Assembly (NCBI GenBank): GCA_036172245.1
Contig: JAYWIR010000011.1
Location: 2,418,001-2,482,000, forward strand
Reading direction: 5' to 3'
Length of the DNA: 64,000 nucleotides
Source: Raillietiella orientalis
Lineage: Eukaryota
Shown: positions 26,351 through 38,726 of the stretch, piece after piece
Numbering within the stretch: the stretch's first letter is position 1
Layout: every line of letters starts with the position of its first letter
The notes under the pieces: model-generated
Databases searched by the model: none
The model's input: the letters and a program-made list of their open reading frames with translations, nothing else
What the model was told of the DNA's origin: nothing
Program-made: the position numbers and the translations under genes

Positions 26351-27821
26351 CCTACCCCTTGCGGGAAGGTGCCCAGTTCGCCCCGATCAGCACGTTCCTT
26401 CTGCGCGCGCGCATGCCTCCTCGCTCGCAGCTCCTCCCCCCCTTCCTGCGAGCCTCCCCGACATGACCGAAGCACGCGAGGGTCCTTGGGGTCCTTCTGG
26501 GCCAAGGGCGGGCGGGCTTTTTCCCTGCCGACTTTTCCTTCGCTCCTCCTCCTGCACTGCCCGTCCCCTCTTTCCGGGTTTCTGGCCTTCCGCGAGGCGC
26601 AAAAGGGCGCCGCCGCCCGGCACGTCGACGAAGCCAAGTGCGGGCGGAGTACCCCTCGGCTGAGGGCTGGGGCCGGCGATAGCGCGGATCTGCACCCGAC
26701 GCGGAGGGAGCAGCAAGGATGAAAATGTCTTTCTTCGAGCAATCCTCCGCTATTAGGAGAACCCGTTTCCAAGGTAAACACGTGCATCTCTGCGGGACGT
26801 GATGTAAACTTTGCGTGAATTATGGCTGCGGGCGGAGACGCGAGCCTCGCGTTCCCTCGCCCTCCTCGCCTTCTTCCGCAGAACCTCCGAAGGCGACTGG
26901 AGGCCGGACGGCTGCGTGCTTCTCGAAGACTCCCTCTCTCCGTTGGGTGGCGCGGGGACTTCGCCGTCGTCGTGCGCACCGAGGAGCGGCGGCTTCCGGA
27001 AGTCCGGGAGGCGACTCGCTTCCCCGTACACTCTGGGACGGGTCGGCACAACTTGGGCTCGTGAAACCTCCTCCCCCTTGCGTCTTTGCTCACACCACGG
27101 AGTTTCCCGGCAAGGTGTCTCCCCTCTCGGCCCGATCGAGGAGGAAGGGAAAGAACGGGTTGGGGAGCTGCGGAGGTGTGCGCGGTCTCACACTCGTGTC
27201 TCGATTGCCCGCAAGCACCGCTTCCCTTTCCCGGAGGGGGCTCTTCACGGGAGGCAGCTCCGAACTACCAAGAGCAGATGCCCTCGACGCTCGAGTGCCT
27301 TGCCCCCAGAAGCGAGCGTCGCGCGCGCTGGAGGCCCGCTCGCTGCTGGTTAGCGCCTCCGAGGAGAGGCCAATTAAAAGGTGCACGCTGGCGCGTCCGA
27401 GGTAACGCCGGACGCACTGGCAAGGGAGGCGGGCGCCCCTTGGCGCGCGGGTTCTCCCGTTGATTGGGTGGTGCAGATTCTTTTTTTTTTTTTTTTTTTA
27501 GCAAGCGGCTTCCTTCCTTTCTTTTCTCCCCCCCTTCGCTCCCCTGCAAGCGAGGGCTCCTGCCACTGCTTTCATCCCAGCAACCCATGAAAGCGAAGGC
27601 GCTGCTAAATTTCCTTCTGTCTCTGTCGTGCGAAGGAAGAACAGCCGGAAGGATGGACGTGTAGAAAGCCTGCCTGGAAGGGAGGCGCACCACCTCCCAG
27701 CGGAGAGCGACTTTACGAGCCGTTCCGAACGTTTGCGCGCGATTCCAGAAAATGTCCTGAGCTGGGGAGACGCGCGCTCTGAAATTAAGGGCGACCTCTT
27801 CGGCGGATCTGCGGATGTAAG

Positions 27822-28044
27822 GGAGCCGATTGTTTAAGCGGAGCCGATTGTTTGAGTCGAAGATCGATTGTTTAAGTTGGATACCCATTGTTTAGACTGG
27901 AGACCGATTGTTTAAGTTAAGGCTGATCGCTTAAATTGGAGACCGATTGTTTAAATTGGAGACCCATTGTTTAAGTTGGGACCGATTGCTTAAATTGGGA
28001 CCGCTCGTTTAAACTGGGGGGACCGCATTGTTTAAACTGGAGAC
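27822..28044. repeat. Minisatellite, ~11 diverged units of 18-23 bp, consensus GGAGACCGATTGTTTAARTT
   Basis: Contiguous units, e.g. GGAGACCGATTGTTTAAGTT (27899-27918), GGAGACCGATTGTTTAAATT (27938-27957), GGAGACCCATTGTTTAAGTT (27958-27977). No unique spacers, so not CRISPR. Confidence 0.93.
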
Positions 28045-31000
28045 GGGGCCATTCCGACCGGGGATGGGTGGTGGGTGGGTGGGCGGCTGTTTACACGGGA
28101 GACCGGAGAAAGCTGGCATCGTTGCGAGCGGCGGAAGACCAACGACCCATCTATCAGGATGGAGATCGATTTTCCCGAGGACCGTCCCCGAGACGGCGAT
28201 TCCTCGGGGAGAGGACTCACTCGGCTGGGGATGCCGCACGTCTCTGGCGGCCGCCGTCGGGCCGGCCCACTTCCGGCGGAGCCCTTGTTGTTTGCGGATG
28301 CGGCCGAGGCGGGGGCGGAGGAGCGGCAGCGCGCGTCCCGCTTCGCTGGAAGTCGTTCCCATGGCGCCCTTATCTCGATGAGAGGAGGTCGGACATGCAC
28401 GTATCGTCATCGTCCTCTCCGCTAACGCTTCCGAATGCGCGCGGAAAACACCTATCCCCCCGCCGCTCTCGCGCTGGCCGGAGGGGGGGATGGCAAGGAG
28501 GTGTCAGGGAGAGAGCGCGCGCGCGCGGCCAGACCGCCTCCGAATGGGGGAGGCGGGCGAAAAGGGAGACGAGGGGGCAGAAATTCCGCCCGGGAGGCGC
28601 GCCGGTCTCCGTTTCCCCCCCTCCCGCCCTCCGCGCACCTCCACCTCCACGTGGACGCCCGGCTGCCCCCATGTTCCCCGAAGGAATATCTCCCTCGCCG
28701 CCACCCTTCCCTCGAGGCAGGGACATCCGCTTTTTCCCCGCTCCTTCGCATGGATTTTCGGGAGCTTTCGCGAGCATCCCTCTTACCCTCGGTCGCGGAC
28801 ATTCGATCCCTCCTTCCCGTCGGAAGCAGCCCGTGGGAAACTCTCGGGAACCGGAAGTCCTCGACGGTTCGCCTTCCCAGAGCGGCGAACGGGAAACCGC
28901 GCGCGCGCGCGACTGGCGGTCGCCTCCGGCCTTTTTCACCTCCGTGTCCTCCCCCTCCGCTCGCGGATCAGGTGGAACGCCGGCGCATCTCCCGCCGCCC
29001 TCCCCCTGAAGAGTCGGCGCTCCCGGCGAGCGGCCGGTAGCGAGGAGCGGGAGGGGTGGCTACATGGGAGGGTAAGCCCCTCCTATGAGGCGGCTGGACG
29101 GACTTTCCAGCAGGGAAGGAAGGAAAAGGAGGGAGGAAGGCGCTTCCTGGAGACGCCGGCGCGCCATCTTCGCTCCTCCTCTTCCCCGCGCTCTAGAAAC
29201 CCGGAAGCGAGCTTCCGCCGACACGCACTTCTTCCATCTGCGCAGGTCCTTCGTTCCCGCCGCCGCCTCGTCCCACGCCCACCTCCTGTAGGGCCGTCTG
29301 AGGGGCTGCTGCTGCTGACGGTGGCGGCAGCACCACCTTCCGGCTCTTAGCTGCCAAGCGTCCCTCTGCTGGCGACCGTTCCCCCCCCCCCCATTCTGCC
29401 CCACCACCTCACCCACCCCTTCCCGGAGTCAACGCTGCCTGCGGCTTCCCGGGACGTCTGATGAACCCTAGTTTCCTCCTCCGGGAGCGATCCCTGGTGG
29501 GAGAGGGGGTAGAGAAAGGAACGTCATTCCGTCTCCCCCCCGCGGGCCGGACGCAGAGGAGGGGAGGGAAGGGTGCTCTCAGGAAGCGTCTCTCTTGGGC
29601 TGGGGGAGACGCAGTGCTCTGAAGGTGCCCCTGCCCATCCCTCTGCCTGTCGTCCCGGAAGAACCGAAGGGTCTGCGCGGGAGCTCGCCCGGATGGCTGC
29701 TCTCACGGAGGAGGCGACCTAAAAACAAGAAAAAAAAGTCCGACGGAGAAGGACCTCGAGAGACCGGGAGTTCGCGCGCCGGGCCCGAGGTCGCTTCCTG
29801 CAGGCCGCTGCCCTCTCCCAGACGGGGAAGGAGCAGCGGACGGGGATGACGCCGCGCCCTCCTCCATCCATCTGGGATGCCGATGGAAGGAAATGAGCGC
29901 CACCAGGTGGCGTGGCGCGGGTCCCCTTGCCCTGTTGTCTGGACGTCTCCCTCGCCGCCGGGGCTCTCCCCGCGCTCCCGCCAGTACATCTACCACACTC
30001 GACGAGCAGGAAGGGTCCCCCTCCTCCCCTCCCCCTTTTTCTCCTCCGCCTCCGGCGTTGTTCCATGAGGGTGCGGAGCGAACCCGTCGCGGCTACTGCC
30101 AGCTTGCTCGCTCCCTTTTTTTTTTTTTGTTCCACCTGGGTGCTCCCCAGCGGGAAGGCTCCTCCTCCTCCCTGGAGGATCCTTCTACGCATCGCCCGTC
30201 GGTTGGACCTCTTCGGTGAGGAAGGGGAAGTCCAGGGACACCTGCCGCCTCTCGGGGAAGGAGTCGGGATGTCACCTAGGGAACCGGGTCGCGATCGCGC
30301 AGTCCTAGGGGGCGGAAGTGAAAGAGACGACCTGCCTTGCTCGTCCCCCTTTCAGGAACGCGGAAGAAGCCGGACCTCTAAGGAAGGCAGGGGAGCAGAG
30401 GGCCACTGTTCTCCATCCCTCTCCCCAGAAAACTTCCCGAGCACAGGAGCAGCTCCTCCGCCCACGCATCCTGCGATTTCCTGACGCCAATCCCGCGCAG
30501 CTACCTCACAGGTCCCTCTCCCGCTCTTCCCACACGCGGGGAGGAGCCGCCACCGCTGCGGAGAGACCCACAAAGTTCCTGCGGTCCCTTCGAACCGGCT
30601 CTGACCTCCCTCATCACCTCTCCTCAGGTCCCGATGCCTTCGTCAGGCCACCGGGAAACCGCCGGCAGAGGCCCGCGGGCAGGGGAGACTCCGTCCTCTC
30701 CGCGGGAGGGGGCGATCCTCTCTTTCCTTCCGCCCAGTGTCGGGTCGCCCCCCTCTTACGACCAGGCGAGGGGAGGCGGCTCTCGCGGCGGGGCGCCGCT
30801 TTCCGGAGGGACGCGCAGGTGGCTCGCAGGCGCGCCAGCTGTCGCGGCGCCCAGGAGCACCTGCGCGTCCCGCCGCTCACCGGGCGCTCCGCCGCCACTC
30901 CCGTAGTCGCCCGCGCTTGGAGGAGGAAGAGGAGGCGGCTCCAGGAAGATTGGGGAAGGAGGGACAGGGAACGAGCGGGATGGGGGCGCGCGGTCACGGT

Positions 31001-31499
31001 CCGGTGCTACCGTCACTTCGGCGACTCCAAGCCAAGCTACCCTTCTATCCCTTTGCCACATTCGCCTAAAACGCGAAACAGTCCTGCCCTCCTGAAAAGC
31101 CCCCCGGACCCCCGAGTGCAAGGGACAGAGTCTCAAGGGCTGCGGAAGACCTGGGGGGTCGATACGGGCAAGGGGTCAGCGGATTTCGGGCTGTGTAAGG
31201 GATTCTCGACCCTTCCCCGAAAGGTTTTTGACCCAATGCCTCTGCGGGCCATCTAGCCGAGCCCATTAGCGAAGTCGGGATGTCTCGTCGGCAGCGCCGG
31301 CTCCTCCCACTCGCAGTGGGGACCGCGAGTTTCTCGAGAAATCCCGCGGAGACGCGCGGCTCCCTCCGTCCGGACACTCCACGCCAGTGCGCGCCAACAG
31401 TCCGTCGTCGTCGTGGGCGCTCCCGAAAGGCGGGAGAACGCGGAAGAGGATGAAGGTTGCAGCGGCGAAGTGGGAAGATGCTCTCCTCCCCTCCCCCTT

Positions 31500-32100
31500 T
31501 AGCCGGGGCTTCCTAGGCAGCGTCCCCGTGGCTGAGACCTGCAAGTCCTCGGAGGCTACGACCGGGGGGCGGGTCGGCGGGTGAGGATGTCGGATGCTTT
31601 CCAGAGCCGCCGACGCGCGCAGGACATCGGCAGAGCTGTGGAGTCCCTCCTTGCCCTAGGCAAGGCGCCTCAGCAGCCTGGGAGGCGCCCTTCCAGAATA
31701 GAGGAAGAAAATGAATGGGCGACTTCGATCTCCGGGCGAGGATGTTTCGCCACCTCCATGGAAACGGAAGCGCTCGCTCTTCCGCGCGTCGCCACCTCTG
31801 CTGCCTGCCTGAGCCGGACGGTCTCCCTCCACGGCGGGAATGTGGATCCCCACGCAGGGCCCGCGGAGCAGCCATTGTGGAAGATCCTTGGCTCCCTCCC
31901 CCAAGGCGGAATGCCCTTGCCGTGCCCACTCCCCCGCGCATCACCGAGGGGAGACGATCATCTCCACTTCCCTGCGGCCCCCTATGGGTCAGGGACCCAA
32001 GGAGTCCCGACGTAGAATAGCAGCAGCCCAAGGACGGCCCCAGAGTTTCCCTCTCCCCTCCCCGAGGGTTCCCTGCTGCCGGCCATCCTTAAGACTTGCT
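31500..32100 (+). mobile_element. Possible decayed LINE APE endonuclease fragment
   Basis: MGDFDLRA at 31715 (~MGDFNAR); little other support. Confidence 0.2.
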
Positions 32101-32896
32101 GCGGAGGTTATTCGCCTCTTCGTCTTTCCCGGAAGCAGCAGTCACTGCCAGTGCTCGTGGGGGGAGACGGTATCAAAAGGAGCTGGGAGAGTAGGGGATA
32201 AGTCGCGACTGCGCCCCATCCCCCAGACTCAGGAAAGTGGGGAAGAAGAGGCGGAAGTCGCACAGACACCTTCCAGAGCCAGCAGAAGACGCCAAAGGGG
32301 GTGCCTCGGGAGCGGCGGCATCCAAGGGGTTAAGCGCCCCCCTCCCATCCTTCTGGGACGAGGACCTTCGGCAGTTGGCAGCGACAGGAGGAACCGCTCC
32401 TTCAGCCGGCTTTTCATTTGTTCCTCAAGATGGGCCCGTCATCCGGACCGCTCCTGACCTTGCGCATCCTTCATCAGCAGGCTGACCTCTGACTACCCAA
32501 GGCGGTCCCTGGAGAAGAATTCCCGTCCATCATGCGCAGACAGATCAATAGGGAGGGAGCTTGCCGCGCTGCAATCCTTTCTTGGATAGCGTTCCCTCCC
32601 CTTCTTCCCGCCGCAGCACCCTCGAGAGCACCGGGAAACCCGGAAGCACGTTAATTGGGGCAGGAAACGCCTGTGCCTTTCAAACTTAAGGTTCACCGGA
32701 CTACCCGGTAGCGCGAGGGTGCGCCGGGAAGGGCTCCCGGAGAATCCGTGCCTAAAGAAGCTGACAAAATAGTGACGGCGGTGCAACGCAGGAGCAGCGG
32801 CTTCTTCTGGGTGAGGAGCAGCTCATCCGTTGGCTACGACAGGGGCTTGCGGCTGCCGCCGCTTGCACCTGCGGGAAATCCCGCCGGATGCTCCGA

Positions 32897-33619
32897 GCCC
32901 CTCCGGGACGCTTCTATCTCGGCAGGCCGCGCCATCCGCGCGGAGTGCATCCCGTGTGAATGCAACAACAACAGAAGGGTCGGTTCCCGGACACGAGAAG
33001 AAGGAGTCGCCGACCCGGGACGGTCCGCACGCAGCCTCGCTGGCGACACCGCCGGGCAGGGAGGGGGACGAGGAACAGCGCACGAAGGGTGACCGCAGCC
33101 CCGCTTCCCGAGGGGCTGCGTCTCGGGAGGGAGGAGGAGGGGAGCAACGGAGGTCCGGTCGCCTACCTCGGGCGCCACTCGACGTTCCGGGCCAGCCCGC
33201 ACGGCGGCGGCGACGGCCACGGCGAGGAGCCGCGTTGGAAGAAGTCCTGCCGTCAGCTGCGCTAGCCAGGTGGCACGGGCGAGCAGGCAACTGGTCAGCG
33301 CGGCTTCCAGGGACGCGGATCGGCCCTTCGGCGGCCGGACGGTGCTTGCCTGCCCGCCGGCGGAGGAGCTTCCCTTCGGAGGGGGAGGGGGGGTCGGTGC
33401 ACCAGCAGCCCCGAGGCGGACGGGTTGCGCCGGCAGGCGGAACCCACGTCTCCGCCGCGCGCTGCTCCCTGAAGAAGCGAAGGCGTGCCGAGAAAGAGGG
33501 ACAGACCGGTGGAGGAAGCGGGAGCACGTGGAGGGGCAATTGCGAAGGGCACGCGTGCACTCGACTGTGCGCTTCCCACCTCCGACCATCTTCTGCCTCC
33601 CCGGAGAACGCACCGAGGG

Positions 33620-33660
<41 letters not shown>

Positions 33661-34088
33661 GGAAGAGGAGACCCCCCGTCTCCGGAGAGGCCCGTCTTCA
33701 AACGGAGGAACTGTGCCGGAGGTGGGCGCCACTTCTGCGAAAAAGATGGGCGCTGTCTCGTGCCCGAGAGGCAATTTTCGGAGAGGCGTCTTCGTCCTCC
33801 CGTGCCGGTCACCCGTGCTCTCTGTGCTTCGCACGGTGCGCGCCGCAGCGACAAAGAAAGACAGAAAGAAATCTTCCTCCTCCTCCCTTCCTCCTTCTCC
33901 TTCTGCTTTCTGCTCTTCTTTTCCCTTATCCCTCCTCTGATCCTCCTCCTTCTCCCTGTTTGGTTCTCCTCTTTACTTCTTCCCTATCTCCTCCTCCCCC
34001 TCCTCCTGTTTCTCTTTTTCCTCCGCCTCCGCCTCCTCGCCTTGTTTCTTCTTCTCCTTCTTCTGCTCCTTCTTGCCGTCCCCTTCCT
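32897..34088 (-). repeat. 1192-bp segment, copy 2 of the inverted duplication
   Basis: As for copy 1; the 18-bp length difference equals the extra 9 TC units at 33623-33658. Confidence 0.95.
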
Positions 34089-37000
34089 TTTGTCTTCTTT
34101 CCTGCTTCTGGTGCTCGGAAGGCTGGGGAGGCATCCTCACGGCGGAGGGCTCGCGGTTCCTCCGCATGCCTCCTCGCAGCCGGTCCTCTTGGTGAATCCT
34201 CTCGAAGGCGGAGGGAAGAGGAAGAGAGAAAGGGGATGAAGAAGGGAGGGAAGGCTGGAGGAAGGACACCTCGGCAGGCCCCGAGCTGACGCTGACGCCG
34301 GTTGTCTCTTGAGAAGGAGGAGGTAAGGAAGGATAGAAAAAAGAAAGAAAAGGAAAGGATACCGAAGAGAAAGGAAGAGAGGCAGGAAAGGAAAGGAGAA
34401 GGATGAAAAAAGAAGAAAGAAGAGGAGGAGGAGGAAGAGGCGAGAGAGAGAGAGAGAGAGAGTGGCGTACAAGTCAGAAGAAAACGAATGGCTTCCTGCC
34501 ATCTCATCAGCATAAACCCAGCGATATCAGCAGGAGGAAGCAAAGGGTTTCGCACGCTGTTAACGATGATCTGTCAATACGGGCATCATAAATTACCGAA
34601 TCTATTAAAAGACGGGAAGGACGATGCTCGTTGGTCTCACCCACTGTCGTAACGCAGCGAGGAGCAGCTCCATCATGGGAGGAGGATGGGCAGGGGAAGG
34701 ACGTCCACCTCGCCGCCCTCTCAGGGGCCCCCGGGCTCGCACGGCCTGCCCTCCACCGGAATGTCTCAATTCTCGAGGAGCGCCGCGCGCGCGCGCGGAG
34801 TTCTTTGATGTGAGCGGCGCCCACGGGAAGGGACGAAAAGGTGACGAAGGGGTGGGGCGAGGGAGATGGAAAGGGATCCTCACGAGGTGTCGTCTCCCGA
34901 GGGAGACGTGAGAGCGGTGCCACTGCTGCGAAGCGCCATTTCTGACGTAGCGCCGACGTCGCCGGATAAGGGGAGAGCTGGGAGCAGCTGACCGCCGAGA
35001 AGGGGGCCGCGCCCGCAGGCAGCCGGTCCGCGCGCCCTAGGAGGGAATGGGTCCTAGCAGACATCACGCGAGTGGACGGGAACTCGGACGCAGGGGTCAC
35101 CTCCAGCCCCCGGGCCGGCCAGCGCTGGCTCTGCCTTGCGCCGGTGGCGCCGGGGGGACTTGCGCTGAGGGGGAGGGGCTGGTAGGGGCCCTTCCGATCC
35201 ACTGGCGGAGGCGGGAGGGAGGTTACCCATCGGGAAGTTGGTTCCAGGGCGCTCGCGGGGCGCTCCAGGAATGCGTGGGCGAGGAATTTCCTTTCGGGGC
35301 AGGGAGGGCGCGCGTCCGCTCCGGGTCTCCGCGAGAATGATGGATCGCGCGGTCCAGAGGCGCGCTCGAGCTCTTTGTGGCGGATGATTGAGCGGCTGCG
35401 CCGGCGCCGGGTTTGGCGCCGTGTGGCTGCCGCCGGGATGAAAGGGCGGGAATAGCGGTGGAGGGCACAATGCGCGCCTCCGGGCCTCGGGGGTAGCTAC
35501 TCCTGAGGTCGACCTGGTCCCGAGACCCGCTGGGGAGTCCAAGAATGCGGTCGCGTTCCCCTCCTCCTTCCTCCCCCTCGGCGGGAGGGCGGGAAAGGGT
35601 GAGGCGAGCCCCGACGGCCACGGCCCCGACCTCAGGAGCCTCCCCTGCCCCGGGAGATCTGGGCGCGCCAGCTCGGCGGGAGCCGTCCTCGAATCCCGAA
35701 CGGAGGGCAGCTCCCCTCCCCCCTTCTTCCGGACGAGGGAGAGGGGCAGGAGAGGAGGGAAAACGTTTCCCAGATCTTGACGTTCCGCCAGCAGCAGGGT
35801 AGCCCTTCCCCTTTCTCTGCACACGCGCCGCCATCCAGAATGCGCCAGCGCCAGCAAGGAAGGAGGCAGCTGAAAGATGCACCCTACTCCTTGGACCGCT
35901 TCTCTTGAAGGACTCCTCGCCCGTCGGAGCTCTTCAGGGGAAGCGTGTGTGGGGGAGGGGGGCAGAGAGCGACTCTACTGCCTCTCTCCCGGAAGTGAGC
36001 GAGCCCTGACCTTCTGAGGAAGAGCCCCTCCCCTGGGGCAGACTTCCGACGAGGGGTTCTTCGTAACGGCAAGAGCGCGCTGCACCTGGGAAGGAGGTGC
36101 TGATCCTCCCCCCCCTTGGGGTGCGGGAGAGGGAATCCCTTCCGATCTGCAACTCTGCAGGTAGCGCCAGCGGCAGCGGAGGGCTCCCATCCACGTTCCG
36201 TCGGGCAGGGAAGGGATCCGGGAGGGCACAAGAGGAAAGAACTCGTTCCCGGAACTTCGTCGCCATAGCGACGGACGGGAGTGACCTGGGGTCACTCCCT
36301 CAGTCTGTAGCCGGCCGCGAGAGGTTCGCACGGTTCTCCCTGGAGTCCGATGCACCATCGCTCCCCTACCCGGGAAGAAGCGCCCTCCTCCGGCCTCCCT
36401 GCCCTCTGTTTTGGTTCCGCCCCTGCCGGGAGGGCGGAGTAGGGGGGTGAGGCGAACTAAGCCCCGAAACGGCAAGCTGGAGATCCCTTCTGAGAAGGGA
36501 AGGGGAGAGGCGCAGGAGGTGGCAGAGGGCGCTGCGGACCACCCTCTCTGGCCTACCGGGACTGCGTCCTCCGGGATCACGCAGGTAGAGGAAAGTGCTG
36601 GCGAGAGCCTCGGGCGATAACCGAGAGGGCAGGGAAGGAGGAGCCATGCCAGCAGCCGATAATGCGCGCTCGCCTTCTACCTCCCGATAAGAGGCGCCTC
36701 TTGCCGCGCGCCACGAGTGGCAGCAGCTGTCAGCGCACCCACGGGCCTCGCAGGCGCCGGCTGATAGGAGCGGGGCGTCCGCGGGCCCGCCGGCGTGCTC
36801 ACCCGAGTCGCTGCTACTTAGTCCCCCCTCTCCCCCCCACGGTGGTGTCCCGTGGCTCCTCGCGCATCTCGGCGCACTCGTCCAGCTCCTCGCCATTGCC
36901 GGTGTCACGGGGAGGGGAATCTCCTTCAAGCAGCTCTCGAGGGCTGCGCGTCCACCTCGGGTCTCCTCGAGGACGTCCCCCGCAAGAGGAGAGGAGAGGC

Positions 37001-38121
37001 TAGGGTGACCCCCTCCCAGCTGCTTCCCGAGGCGCCGACCCTCGCCTCTCCTGTGAGGGTGCACAACACCGCTGGCTGGCAGAGGGAAGCCTCCGATCCC
37101 TTGCGTTCTCCCGAGGAGGAGCAAGAAGATGCCCCGCCCCCCAACCTGCCACGAATTGTGTGGTCGAAGGTCGCGTGGACCCGGCGCTGAGGTCGTGGGC
37201 GGCGACGCTCGCAGGGGGCCTCTCCGGCCCCGCTGGGCGCGGGCACACCGAGGTTCGCTCCCGCGGCGCGAACGGTTCTACGCGTTCGGACGCCCTACGG
37301 ACTTTCCTGTGCCGTGCGGCGGAGTGGGCAGGAGTTCCCCCCGACTAAGGTCCCGGCATCACGACCTCCCCCGTTCCCGGACGCCTGAGGCTCCTCTGCG
37401 AATCATCTGCGGCCTCTCGGGCGGCCGGGTCGTCCTTCTCCAAAGCCGCTTCCATCCCTCATCATCTCTGTGATAGGACCGAAGAGTCTCGCGGTGCAAT
37501 GACCCCATTCTTCTCTTTCAAAGGGCAGAGGGCTTCGATGAGTAATCTGTACCAATTAGCGGTTCGCGTTCCTCCGCGTGCTCTGCGCGGTTGGCCTGCA
37601 TCCCGCTGGAAAAGACGGCGTCTCGTTTGTCTTCTGCTTCCTTCTGGGGAATTCGACTCTTGAGGCACAAGTGGAGGTGGGGAGGACGGTGCTCCTTGGC
37701 GCTTTATTCCGCATCGCCCACAGCACACTCTGCCATGATGTTTCCGCGGAGGTCGAAGGGTGCTCTGCGTCGCTTTGCATTCCCAGTCTCCTCTCTGGCC
37801 CTGCCGGGATCGACACGCGAAGAGAGGGGAGGGACGAAGCCACAATGTTCGTCGACAAGAAAGAGGGGAAACCTAGACACGAAGGAGTGGTTGAAGAAGA
37901 AGAAGAAGAGAGGGAGAAGAAGAAAAGGAGAGAAAGAGGAAAAAGAAGAGAGGAAGAAGAAGAAGCGGAGAAGAATGTCTGGGTGACGCTGTGGTGGGGC
38001 AGAGGACCATGGAGGCGCAGGGAGACCGCCGAAAGCTCCTTCGATCTGGAGCCACAGCCTCTGAGGAGCCAACTCCAAGCTTGCATGTCGCCACCTTCCT
38101 CGCCGATGTGCCCGCGTCGGA

Positions 38122-38183
38122 GGCCGCGTGGCTACAATGGTCTCCGCGCGTGGCTCCATGCGTCGTGGGTTCGAATACTCCGA
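38122..38183 (+). mobile_element. tRNA-derived SINE-like head (Pol III internal promoter)
   Basis: GGCCGCG start, A-box TGGCTACAATGG (38129-38140), B-box GGTTCGAATAC (38168-38178) at tRNA-like spacing. No intact cloverleaf, so not called a tRNA. Confidence 0.5.
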
Positions 38184-38726
38184 AGGAATAGACTCAGTGC
38201 GTCGTGGGTCCCCAGTTCAGCCCACAAGATGACGCTGGTTGGCCTACATTCATCCGGGTGCGGCACTGGTAGCGGTTGAAACCGGATGCCCCCCGATGAG
38301 GGCCGGGACAAATGGGGGTAGACCTCCGGGTACTTCCAGAAATCACGGAGTGGGAACTCCCCTCCGGTTGTGAAGGAGCGAACCCCCCATTCCAGGGGGG
38401 GACCCCTCCGCGTCGGACTGATGGAGTAGGTGTGTCGCCACAGTCTCTCCAGGGAGTGCAGAGACGCGAGCCAATCCTTTCGGGGAAGCTGCGTCCTTCT
38501 GAATTTCGGAAGCGTCCTTTCTGGGTTCTCTTTTGCAGAATAAAAACAGGAGCGGACCCCTCCAAGGGTCTCTTCGGACAGAATAAGGAAGGAGATTTCC
38601 CTTCGGAGACAACCAGGGTGGAGATGATCCCCATCTCCAGGGATCCTTCCCCAGGCGTGAGAGGAACGGACTCCGAGTCCTTCCTGGATTCATAGGGCGG
38701 ACCCCTCCCGTGGTACCACTTCTATC

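Noticed and set aside
27822..28044. CRISPR array
   Set aside because: Units abut with no unique spacers, there are no cas genes, and the context is eukaryotic
29006..29040. Hammerhead-like CTGANGA-stem motifs (also near 9408 and 42561)
   Set aside because: The required GAAA after stem II is absent in each, and no convincing stems I/III
13151..34088. Intact Maverick/Polinton (size and long TIRs fit)
   Set aside because: No 6-bp TSD and no polB, integrase, capsid or ATPase ORFs; the interior is ordinary intergenic DNA with old LINE relics
38122..38195. Functional tRNA gene
   Set aside because: A and B boxes are present but acceptor and anticodon stems do not pair; treated as a SINE-like head
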